A stretch of 64,000 nt of DNA from an uncultured bacterium (lineage in GTDB: Bacteria; Babelota; Babeliae; Babelales; Vermiphilaceae). The first letter of the stretch is position 1. Each line of letters opens with the position of its first letter. The translations under genes were made by a program, and so were the position numbers. Positions 55,399 through 64,000 of this stretch are shown here, piece after piece. The DNA is taken from assembly GCA_963727255.1 (NCBI GenBank), contig CAVSFC010000002.1:704001-768000 (forward strand), read 5' to 3'. Below the pieces are notes generated by a model that saw nothing but the letters and a program-made list of their open reading frames with translations, was not told where the DNA came from and made no database searches.

Positions 55399-57155
55399 AT
55401 GGATATACAAAATCTCAATCTTGCACGTAAATGGCGATCTAAGAATTTTGATCAGATCGTTGGTCAGGATTTGCCGGTCAAAATGCTTAAAAATAGTCTT
55501 TATTTGAACCATTATTTCCCTGTGTATCTTTTTTCAGGTCAAAAAGGGTGTGGGAAGACAAGTACTGCTCGCGTTTTTGCCGCAGCGGTAAATTGCGCTC
55601 AGCTTCCTCAATTTCAAAAAGATCCAAAGAATGCGCTAGTGCCGTGTTTGGCATGCGATTCTTGCCGCGCATTAATTGCAGGAAGACATCCGGATTTCAT
55701 TGAGATCGATGCTGCTTCTAATACTGGTGTTGATAATGTCCGCCAAATTATTGATTCGTCGGCATTATTGCCTTTGATGGGGCGCAAAAAAATTTATTTG
55801 ATTGATGAAGCGCATATGCTCAGCAAAGCGGCATTTAATGCCTTTCTCAAGTTGATGGAAGAACCGCCTGCAAGTGTTATTTTTATTTTAGCAACTACTG
55901 ATACCCAAAAAATTATTGAAACGGTGCGTTCACGCTGCTTCCAGCTCTTTTTCAAGCCGGTTGAAGAAGCGCCATTGCTTGATCATTTAATGCATGTTTG
56001 CGCTGCAGAGCAGATTGCCTGTGATTCGCAAGCATTGCAATTGATTATTCAAGAAACGGGTGGCTCGATTCGCGATGCTCTTAACTTGCTTGAGCAGGTT
56101 CGGTTTGCAGGCGATCGTGTTACCAAAGATGCGGTCTATCAAGTGCTTGGCCATCTTGATGATCAGCGGTTATTGAATTTGTTTGAGATTATTCTCTATA
56201 AGTCTCCGCATGATTTCTTGCAGTTTTCACAGGTGCAAATGCTTGAGAAATTTTCTGCAGAATTTTTATGGCAGCGTATTACTGAGCTCTTACGTGCCTG
56301 CATTTGGATAAAAAATGGAGTTGCGCCGCGCCATTTTGCTGAATATGTAGCGCAATTGCAATTTTTAGCGCGAGGCAAATCGCTCCCGTATCTGAGCTCT
56401 TTACTCGAGCTTTTCTATACCAATGAAGCAATGTTTCGCAAAACTACTGCGCAATATGCATTTCTTGAAGTAATTTTGCTGCGCATTTGCCAAAAAAATG
56501 AAAGCAACAGCAATTCAAGCACGCCTGCAATGGCAGTCAACTGCCACTGCCACTGATGCCAATGAGCTTGAAGCGCTTGAAGAGGGGGAAGATTCAGAGA
56601 ATGATGCTGAAGATCCTGAGCCTGCCTATGATACTGAAAATGATGCTCTTTGGGGAAAACTGGTTGAAAAAATCGAAGTATTGCATGATCCATTATTGAG
56701 TTCAATTTTTAAACAGGGTTCATTAACCGCATATGATGCATCATCCGGGATTCTTACGGTTGAATTTCCTAAAGAACTAACATTTTTTAGCGATATTATA
56801 GAAACTACCAAGGCCCAATGGCAGCCTTTATTTGAAGATATTTTGGCAAAGAAGAGCTGAAATTGCTGCAGCTTTTACTAAGATCAATGCTGCAACTATT
56901 CAAACCCCCACTATACCACCAAAAACTCAAACAGTAGCTAAAGCAGTTGAACCGCGTTCCGTGTCGCAAAATGCAGGTCAAGCGCAACCCGCGTATAAAT
57001 TTAAACAACAGAATTCCTATGGATATAAAAATAATCGTGTTGCGGTAAATACTGAGCCGCGAATTGATGTTTCAGATGCAGCAATCTGGCCGCAAGCACA
57101 ATTATTAGCAAAATATTTTCCTGGTACCTTTACTCAAATAAGAGAACAAGTATGA
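55399..57155 (+). CDS. dnaX: DNA polymerase III gamma/tau (frameshifts near 56535, 56850)
   Basis: LARKWR..F...GQ, GQKGCGKT, EIDAASNTGVD, IDEAHML, SRC, GSIRDA. Confidence 0.93.
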
Positions 57156-58465
57156 AGTTGCCTCGTGTTGTGATTGTAGGAAGAATGAACGTTGGCAAAT
57201 CAACTCTTTTTAATCGATTATCAGTAAATGCCAAGAGCATGACCTTCGATTTTGAAGGGGTTACCAGAGATTTTATTAAAGATACAGTTGAATGGCGCGA
57301 TCATCGTTTTGAACTTATAGATACCGGTGGTATCAGTTTACGTAAATCACAAGATCCTATACAAGAACAAGTGCGCCAGCGTGCAATGAGTATGATGGAA
57401 CAAGCCGATCTCCTGTTGTTTGTCTGCGATGGCACGGTGGGATTGACAAGTGAAGATCAAGAAATTGCAAAAGCATGCCGCAAAGCAAATAAAAAAATTA
57501 TTTTGGTAGTTAATAAATCTGATAATAGGGCAACACAAGAACATGAGCATGAGTTTGAACGAACCGGTTTCAAGCCGATAGTGTTTATGTCTGCGCTGCA
57601 TGGTTCTGCAACGGGAGATTTGCTTGATGCAATTTGCAATGCATTGCCAACCAATCCTGAGCAAGGGGAAGAAAAAGAATCTTCTTGCAAGATTGTAATC
57701 TTGGGCAAGCCTAACGTTGGCAAATCATCATTAATGAATCTTTTGGTGCAAGAAGAGCGAGCAATAGTAAGTCCTGTGGCGGGTACCACCCGGGAAGCAG
57801 TCGCAGAGAAAATTACTTTTTACCATCAAGATCTTTTACTTACTGATACGCCCGGAGTTCGTCGCAAACGAACGATTGATGAAAAATTAGAGACCATGAT
57901 GGTCAAAAGTGCATTTCGCGCGGTTGAAGATGCTGATTTGGTATTATTACTTATCGATGCTTCCAGCCATGCGATTGCCGATCAAGAATTAAAACTCGCA
58001 TTCTACGTTTTTGAGCATTATAAATCATTGATTATTCTATTTAATAAAGAAGATCTTTCGGATTCAGATATTAAAAAGGATATGGATTTTAGTTTAAGCG
58101 TCTACGATTACTTTTTGAAAAAAATTCCCCAATTATATATCTCATGCAAAACGGGCAAAAATGTTGGTAAAGTGCTCCCATTGGCAAAACAAGTCCATGA
58201 GAGATCATGCCAACAATTAGCTGATGATGATATTACGATGCTTTTTAAAGAGGCATTAAAACATAAACCGCTCTATCATCAAAGTATGATTATTAATGTG
58301 AAGCGCGCACGCCAGATTGCATCTAACCCAATCACGATAGTGCTTATTTCAGAAACTCCTGAATGGTTTGGCCCATCCCAAATTGGATTCTTTGATAATG
58401 TCTTGCGATCAAAATATGATCTTAAAGGTGTGCCGATTAAGTTCTTAACCCGCAAGCCATCCTAG
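57152..58465 (+). CDS. der: Ribosome biogenesis GTPase Der/EngA
   Basis: Two G domains: GRMNVGKS/DTGG/NKSD and GKPNVGKS/DTPG/NKED. Confidence 0.95.
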   Translation: MKLPRVVIVGRMNVGKSTLFNRLSVNAKSMTFDFEGVTRDFIKDTVEWRDHRFELIDTGGISLRKSQDPIQEQVRQRAMSMMEQADLLLFVCDGTVGLTSEDQEIAKACRKANKKIILVVNKSDNRATQEHEHEFERTGFKPIVFMSALHGSATGDLLDAICNALPTNPEQGEEKESSCKIVILGKPNVGKSSLMNLLVQEERAIVSPVAGTTREAVAEKITFYHQDLLLTDTPGVRRKRTIDEKLETMMVKSAFRAVEDADLVLLLIDASSHAIADQELKLAFYVFEHYKSLIILFNKEDLSDSDIKKDMDFSLSVYDYFLKKIPQLYISCKTGKNVGKVLPLAKQVHERSCQQLADDDITMLFKEALKHKPLYHQSMIINVKRARQIASNPITIVLISETPEWFGPSQIGFFDNVLRSKYDLKGVPIKFLTRKPS

Positions 58466-58475
58466 ACTATTGTTC

Positions 58476-58771
58476 TTAAGTTGGTAATCCAAGTTTTTCT
58501 TTTATTTCATTTGGTGCGGAGGCCTGCACAAGAATCACGATGCAAAATTATTTCGAATAATAATAAACTTTTATTTCTGTTTGGCCACTTTTTTTCTTAT
58601 ATACATCAAATTTATTTGTAGCCGCATTGATCACCTTTTCATCAATGATGGAGTTTGATTTTCGGTTGCAACTTTTTCTTTTTTTTGGTTTGGGTCAAAT
58701 CAACAAAACTTACGAACTGCGATAGCTTGAGGTGCTAAAAAAAGCAAAGCTACTAGGATATAATTTTTCAT
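58476..58771 (-). CDS. Small exported hypothetical protein (frameshifted)
   Basis: MKNYILVALLFLAPQAIA signal; ends APNEIKEKLGLPT; frame broken. Confidence 0.4.
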
Positions 58772-58902
58772 ATTTCTACTCGTTTATAGAATTAATGAGT
58801 TACAAGAAAACTCATTGGAAATCTTATTGCGTGTCTATTTGCTCTGAGCCAATGTTTTATTGTACACTAAAGCAAACAATACATAATCAATCAGGAGACT
58901 CT

Positions 58903-59247
58903 ATGAATATTCAAATTACCTTTCAAAATTCTGATTCTTCAGAAGTAATGGAGAAACACATCAATGAGCAACTTGCAAAAATTAAACGTTTTCTTGAACA
59001 TGAAGGTTCACCCATTTTTATTGAGATTTTTGTAAAACCTGGCAATGTACATGCGCATCATGCTGTCGATTTTGTTCTTAAATCCCCTCATTACACACTT
59101 GATGTCCATGATGAAGGTCCTAAAATTTATCAAGTACTGGATAATGTAATAGATGCCATGTATGCACAACTGAGAAAACAAAAAGATAAGCATGTCGAAA
59201 ATCGTAAAATGGTTGGTAGACATGATGAATTCAAAAAACAACGATAG
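58903..59247 (+). CDS. hpf: Ribosome hibernation factor HPF/RaiA family
   Basis: AGGAG RBS; MNIQITFQN...HINEQLAKIKRF...IYQVLDNVIDAMYAQLRKQKDK. Confidence 0.8.
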   Translation: MNIQITFQNSDSSEVMEKHINEQLAKIKRFLEHEGSPIFIEIFVKPGNVHAHHAVDFVLKSPHYTLDVHDEGPKIYQVLDNVIDAMYAQLRKQKDKHVENRKMVGRHDEFKKQR

Positions 59248-59286
59248 AAACATATATTATTTCCTTTTCAACATCAAGGATTCTCA

Positions 59287-59829
59287 ATGGTTCGCAATTC
59301 TGCATTATTAGTTGTCATCTGTTCATTCGCAGCTTTTTCTCTTCAAAACGCGAATGCTTTCGATAAAGAAGTTGAAAAAAAAGCGGCTAAATTTTTGGAG
59401 CAAAAAAAAATAAGCAGAGTTTTAAGAGACAAGCTCTATACTGGCGTGCATCCTGAAAAAAAAGTTATGAGCGAACAGCAGTATTTGCAAAAGAAGGCTG
59501 CACAATTTTTGAGGGAGTATGATCAAAGAAATAAGAGTGCTTACAGTAGAGGAAAAATGGAGTTTGTAGGTGCCACGATATTCGGGGCAATATCCTATAT
59601 TTCTGCTCGTAATAATTACCCAACAGGGGTTGCTCTTTCAGGATTGTCAGCTATTGGTCTTGCAATCGCGGCTGGCTTAAATGGAGTATATATACTATTT
59701 AATCCTGACTGCAAAACAGAGGAAGATAAAAATGCAGTTTTGATTGCGATGTTAGATGAAAAAATTGCGGCAAATAAAAAAGAAATCGAGCGTTACAAAA
59801 AATTGTATGATTCTAGAAATCGTAAATAA
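59287..59829 (+). CDS. Exported protein with hydrophobic helical hairpin, paralog 1
   Basis: Signal ANA|FDKE; two hydrophobic helices; TEEDKN..L..MLDEKIA. Confidence 0.7.
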   Translation: MVRNSALLVVICSFAAFSLQNANAFDKEVEKKAAKFLEQKKISRVLRDKLYTGVHPEKKVMSEQQYLQKKAAQFLREYDQRNKSAYSRGKMEFVGATIFGAISYISARNNYPTGVALSGLSAIGLAIAAGLNGVYILFNPDCKTEEDKNAVLIAMLDEKIAANKKEIERYKKLYDSRNRK

Positions 59830-59891
59830 CATTAAACATGTTAACGATCGTAATATGGTCGGAAGAAATGATGAATTATCAAGGTTTTTTT

Positions 59892-60479
59892 ATGCTTAAT
59901 GTGCATTCGCGCTTTATTGTTATCTTTTGTTTGCTAATCAATTTCTCAGTTCACAGAGAGATCTCAGCATTCGATAAAGAAAATTTGGGGAAAGCTGCTA
60001 AACTTTTGGAACAAAAAGAAAAAAACCGAAAGCTAGAAATACTGCTATTTCCAAGTATTTATACTGAAAAAAAAGTCATCGATGAACGGCAATATTTAGA
60101 AAAAAGAGCTGGAAAATTTCTGAAATCATATGAAAAAAAATTTGCTCAAGGCCTGCAGGATGGAATATCAAATTTGCTGAGTTGTGCTAGTTGCCTTGTA
60201 ATTACTCGGGGGCTTCCCAATAATAATGGTGAAGCGGTCGCTTGTTCATTGATCATAGGAGTAGTAGGGCTCGCTTTTGGGCTAACTGCTTTTAAAAATC
60301 TGATTTTTGATTGTCTTCTGACACTTTCGAGTGAAACAGAAGAGGAGAAAAATATCGTATTGGGAAAAATGCTTGATGAGAAGATTGCAAAAGAGAAAGC
60401 TCAAATCGAAAAGAATCAAATATTATTAGCCAGTAGAGCAAATAGACAAATGCAAAAATCGTTTTTTGAATTTATTTAG
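59892..60479 (+). CDS. Exported protein with hydrophobic helical hairpin, paralog 2
   Basis: ISA|FDKE..KAAK.LEQK; EKKV..E.QYL.K.A..FL; TEEEKN..L..MLDEKIA. Confidence 0.7.
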   Translation: MLNVHSRFIVIFCLLINFSVHREISAFDKENLGKAAKLLEQKEKNRKLEILLFPSIYTEKKVIDERQYLEKRAGKFLKSYEKKFAQGLQDGISNLLSCASCLVITRGLPNNNGEAVACSLIIGVVGLAFGLTAFKNLIFDCLLTLSSETEEEKNIVLGKMLDEKIAKEKAQIEKNQILLASRANRQMQKSFFEFI

Positions 60480-61864
60480 TCGGAAATGCTTCCAAAGCAA
60501 CGGAGTACAAAAGCATTGGTGAATAGACCATTCGGATCGAGAACTTTTCTGAGTTGATTAAACGCTCTAAAGTGATCTTGGTTATAGAGTTTTTTGATTT
60601 TTTCATGATCAAGAAAATGGAATTTGCCCCAATGAGCTCGGCCATTATAATGCAGCATTGCTTGCTCAAGATCATGGAAAAACTCCTGGTACTCATCAAA
60701 ATGATTCATGATATTAATAGTAAGATATGCGGTCTTTCTGCCATAGGCGGGATTTAAATAACTAAGTTCTGAGCTTGGCCCAAATCGGCAGGTGATGATG
60801 CTGCTCAGATTTGATCCGCTTGCATCATATTGCTGATAAACTTTGATTAGATCCTTAAACGCCGGTATAAAGTCTTCAAAGTCAACTGCGAACTCTTGCT
60901 CAATGTACCAGTCCACGGTTAATGGTGTTTTCATGGGTGATAAACTAATATATGAGTGATCAACGTGTTCTTCCATTTGTAATGCAGAAAGACCTGTTAA
61001 AAGCATATATGAAGAAATGTTGCGTGCATGCGAGAGTGCTTGGATCGCCATGCAATTCAAAAATCGATTGAAGACACAATCATTTGCAAAGTAATGCAAG
61101 AATCCGGTATTCGGTTCTTCATCTGTGCGATCCCAAAAATAGGCAAGTGCTGTTTGGCTGGAGGGAGCAAGCATGAACATAAAAAAATCGTGGTTTTCAT
61201 AGAAACTCTGATAGTTATCAATGATATCATTAAGATCAATGTTGATCCGGCTATGGCGCAAGTTGAAAGCTGGTTCGCATTGCAGAGTAATAGTATAAAT
61301 AAATCCCAAAGCCCCGAGCGACACTCGGGCTAAGGGCAGCCATTCTGGATTTGATGCCTCTGATACTGTGTGGATATGCCCATCAGCATCTATAATTTCC
61401 ATTCCGATGATATAATCGGAGAGCGCATACGCTTTGCCCGTGCCGTGGGTAGCGGTTGCGGCTGCTCCAGCAATACTTTGTTCAGTGATAAAACCCTGAT
61501 TGCTCAGAGCAAGCCCATTTTCGGCAAGCACAGCAATTAATTCATGAAGCTTTATTCCTGCTTCAACTTTAATCTGGCATTTTGATCTATCTATCCATAG
61601 AACTTTATCAAGATTATTAGTGCTGATGAGAAATCCATCGGTGCTAATCAGATCGCTCCATGAATGAGATGAGCCAATTGCCTTGAGAGGAATTTTTTTT
61701 ACTGCAGCATCTTTAATTATGGCAATCACTTCTTGCGCATTTGCAGGATAGAATATCTGTTGGGGAGAGCATTCTTGGGTATTGCCCCAATTGCGCCATG
61801 TTGCTCCTTCACATACATAAAAAGAAAATCCGCATACCCAAACAAATAATCCGTATCTTTTCAT
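60476..61864 (-). CDS. FAD-linked sugar-lactone oxidase (ALO/GULO family)
   Basis: WRNWG, GSSHSWS (covalent-FAD His), VEAGI.L, IAGAAATATHGTG, EQEFAV, GRAHWGK. Confidence 0.88.
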   Translation of the reverse strand: MKRYGLFVWVCGFSFYVCEGATWRNWGNTQECSPQQIFYPANAQEVIAIIKDAAVKKIPLKAIGSSHSWSDLISTDGFLISTNNLDKVLWIDRSKCQIKVEAGIKLHELIAVLAENGLALSNQGFITEQSIAGAAATATHGTGKAYALSDYIIGMEIIDADGHIHTVSEASNPEWLPLARVSLGALGFIYTITLQCEPAFNLRHSRINIDLNDIIDNYQSFYENHDFFMFMLAPSSQTALAYFWDRTDEEPNTGFLHYFANDCVFNRFLNCMAIQALSHARNISSYMLLTGLSALQMEEHVDHSYISLSPMKTPLTVDWYIEQEFAVDFEDFIPAFKDLIKVYQQYDASGSNLSSIITCRFGPSSELSYLNPAYGRKTAYLTINIMNHFDEYQEFFHDLEQAMLHYNGRAHWGKFHFLDHEKIKKLYNQDHFRAFNQLRKVLDPNGLFTNAFVLRCFGSISD

Positions 61865-61919
61865 TACTGCTCTCTCTATTAATACTCTACTTCTGGTTTT
61901 GCGTGCTTCTTACATGAGA

Positions 61920-63314
61920 TTAACGTACTAGGCTTTTTACTTCACTTATAAATTGTTCAGGTTTAATATCATATAGTTCCGGACCCCATTTTTTAATTAT
62001 TTCTTCTGATTCAGGATTGATAAGCAAAATGGTTGGGAATCCCAGGACCTGATATTTTTTGATAATCATTGCATTTGCCGGATTGGAACCATCAATTTTT
62101 ACGGGAATTGCAACAGAATCAATAGCTGTGCGTATCGATTCTTGGCTAAACAATGTTGTATCAATGGCTTTGCAAATAGAGCAAAAGGGCGCGCCGATAT
62201 CCATAAATACTAAGGTGTGTTTAGCAAGTGCTTCTTCTCGGGCGCATTCATAATCCGTTTGCCATGCATTTTTTTCATGCGCGCATGAGGAAGTTTGATG
62301 CCATTGATAGGCTTTAAAAGCGAGAAAGCCGGCGCATGTGCAGAGCAAAATTCCAAGACCTCCATACATAATTTTCCATTGGCGATTATAAGCATGCTTG
62401 CCATAATTCATGAATAGTAAACCGATGGTAAAAGTAAATACTACAAGTATCCAGCACATGATATGCCATGGGATAATATAGTTAAGAAAATAAAGGCACA
62501 TGCCCAGCATAAGAAATCCAAAAAGCTTTTTGATCTCTACCATCCACATGCCTGAGCGCGGGAGCAAAGCGAGTGAGCTTGAAAATGTGCCTATGATTAA
62601 GAGTGGGACGCTAAGCCCTATGCCAAAGGTAAAGAGCAAAATAAATCCAAGAAAACTGCTATTCAGCATAGTTACTAGGCAGAGCAGGCAAAGAAGTCCC
62701 GGAGATAAGCATGGAGATGCAACGATACCGCTAATTGCCCCAAATGTGAATGCAGAAATAAATGAACCGCCATGGACGTTTTGATTACGCGGTTGCATGA
62801 AGCGGGGGATATACATATCATATACGCCCATCATGGCTAATGCTAAGTAGGCCAAAAGACCGACCAAGGGAATGATAAATGCCGGATGGCTCATAAATTG
62901 GCCCATGGCCTGGCCGGCAAACGCTGCAAGTAATCCCAGAATCGCAAAAGTTGTTGCAATACCAATGGTATAGCTGAGTGCAAGTAAAAAACTGGTAAGG
63001 AGTGATTTACTTGATTGGGCTTGTAAAATACCCGCGGTGATTGGAATCATCGGATAAATGCAAGGGGTCAAGCTCATAAGAAGACCAAGAAAAAAAACAA
63101 GTAAAAGCCGAATTGCCAATGAATTCGTTTGTGTCATAGTATCGGATATCCATGAGAGCCATGAGTTATCAATTGGCTTGGCCGATTGCTCTTGTTGGAC
63201 TATTTCAGCAGTATTTTGCGTGGTAGGTTCTTGGGAAAGTTCTGAGGCGCACATTGGTTGTATAAAACAGAATAATGATATACCCATAAGTAGAATTCGG
63301 AACAATGGCATCAT
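61920..63314 (-). CDS. dsbD: DsbD-family thiol:disulfide interchange protein
   Basis: LTPCIYPMIPIT, VASPCLSP, LPRSGMWM; C-terminal thioredoxin APFCSIC...GFPT. Confidence 0.88.
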   Translation of the reverse strand: MMPLFRILLMGISLFCFIQPMCASELSQEPTTQNTAEIVQQEQSAKPIDNSWLSWISDTMTQTNSLAIRLLLVFFLGLLMSLTPCIYPMIPITAGILQAQSSKSLLTSFLLALSYTIGIATTFAILGLLAAFAGQAMGQFMSHPAFIIPLVGLLAYLALAMMGVYDMYIPRFMQPRNQNVHGGSFISAFTFGAISGIVASPCLSPGLLCLLCLVTMLNSSFLGFILLFTFGIGLSVPLLIIGTFSSSLALLPRSGMWMVEIKKLFGFLMLGMCLYFLNYIIPWHIMCWILVVFTFTIGLLFMNYGKHAYNRQWKIMYGGLGILLCTCAGFLAFKAYQWHQTSSCAHEKNAWQTDYECAREEALAKHTLVFMDIGAPFCSICKAIDTTLFSQESIRTAIDSVAIPVKIDGSNPANAMIIKKYQVLGFPTILLINPESEEIIKKWGPELYDIKPEQFISEVKSLVR

Positions 63315-63470
63315 GAATATAAATCCCCTATAAAGCGTGGTTATAATTGATTTTTTGCTCGTTAAAGCTAAAATGAGTATATCCATTTCATTTTTTTTGA
63401 GTAGTAAAAATTTTGAAGCTAATGCTTAATGCGGTAGAACTGCGTAGGGCGAGTGAGATCAAAAAATTTT

Positions 63471-63546
63471 GGGGCTATAGCTCAGTTGGTAGAGCGCATG
63501 GATGGCATTCATGAGGCCACCGGTTCGACCCCGGTTAGCTCCACCA
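63471..63546 (+). tRNA. tRNA-Ala(GGC)
   Basis: ggggcta/tagctcc acceptor stem with G3:U70, anticodon GGC, CCA. Confidence 0.97.
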
Positions 63547-63584
63547 GTCTTAAATACTGACGTATTACAATTTCATTAGAAATT

Positions 63585-64000
63585 TTAACTTATTTTTGTT
63601 TCAAGTAATTTAATATCACTTCTCACTGAACTTACAGTAATTTGCGCTTCCCCTGATCCAAGAGTACCGTCAACCTCTTTTTGCAACCGTTTCCATGTTG
63701 TACGATTAAGTTGCGTTGTGTGTGGTTTGAGAGTGATATAATGATCAGAGGTAATAACCCCATATTTGGTGGATGCTTGCAGATCGGCATTCACATCTGG
63801 CGGTAAATGGAGCACGATTGATCCAGAATTGGTTGCGAGTTTAATTGAGCTTGTGGAAGGTATTTCTTTAGCAAAGAGTTCGATGGAGCCATAATTAGTA
63901 TTCGCAGCTATGGAGCTTTGGGCATCAATGATCATAATATTGCCATTATTAGTTTGGGCTTTAATACGCGATTCGGGATTATAAAATGTGATGGCACCTT
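63585..64000 (-). CDS. DUF4097-like beta-strand repeat protein, 5'-truncated
   Basis: Repeated T/S-x-x-G-x-I units (TNYGSI, TNSGSI, TKYGVI, SVRSDI). Confidence 0.7.
   Translation of the reverse strand, partial: GAITFYNPESRIKAQTNNGNIMIIDAQSSIAANTNYGSIELFAKEIPSTSSIKLATNSGSIVLHLPPDVNADLQASTKYGVITSDHYITLKPHTTQLNRTTWKRLQKEVDGTLGSGEAQITVSSVRSDIKLLETKIS

Noticed and set aside
54663..55418. Short ORFs over tRNA-Ser and SRP RNA
   Set aside because: Overlap structural RNAs; spurious
56490..56560. Programmed frameshift in dnaX (gamma/tau)
   Set aside because: No A_AAA_AAG slippery site at the apparent junction, and a second break at ~56850 matches the background indel pattern

Overview
AT-rich bacterial chromosome segment, most consistent with an obligate intracellular parasite of protists of phylum Dependentiae (TM6/Babeliae). 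This assignment is inferred from tandem ATP/ADP translocases, ankyrin/Sel1 proteins and many orphan signal-peptide proteins. Housekeeping genes include dnaJ, tilS, gyrB, tadA, dksA-like, rpsI, glmS, ctpA, sod, lysS, recJ, cmk, lon, rpsB, dnaX, der and hpf, plus three tRNAs and the SRP RNA. They are interspersed with predicted secreted effectors. Many essential genes between about 22.3 and 58.8 kb carry scattered 1-bp indels that look like consensus errors, not real pseudogenes. Main observations: (1) a four-gene cluster of small Cys-rich exported proteins (three paralogs plus an OmcA-like lipoprotein), suggesting a chlamydia-like disulfide-crosslinked envelope; (2) ten exported proteins whose predicted mature N-terminus is Met, mostly Met-Glu; (3) a LysRS fused to a B3/4 editing domain; (4) a REP-like palindromic family, two copies of which lie in frame inside genes; (5) effector candidates with SOCS-box, CaaX, cPLA2 and OspF/SpvC-like motifs. 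No CRISPR array, transposase or prophage was seen.
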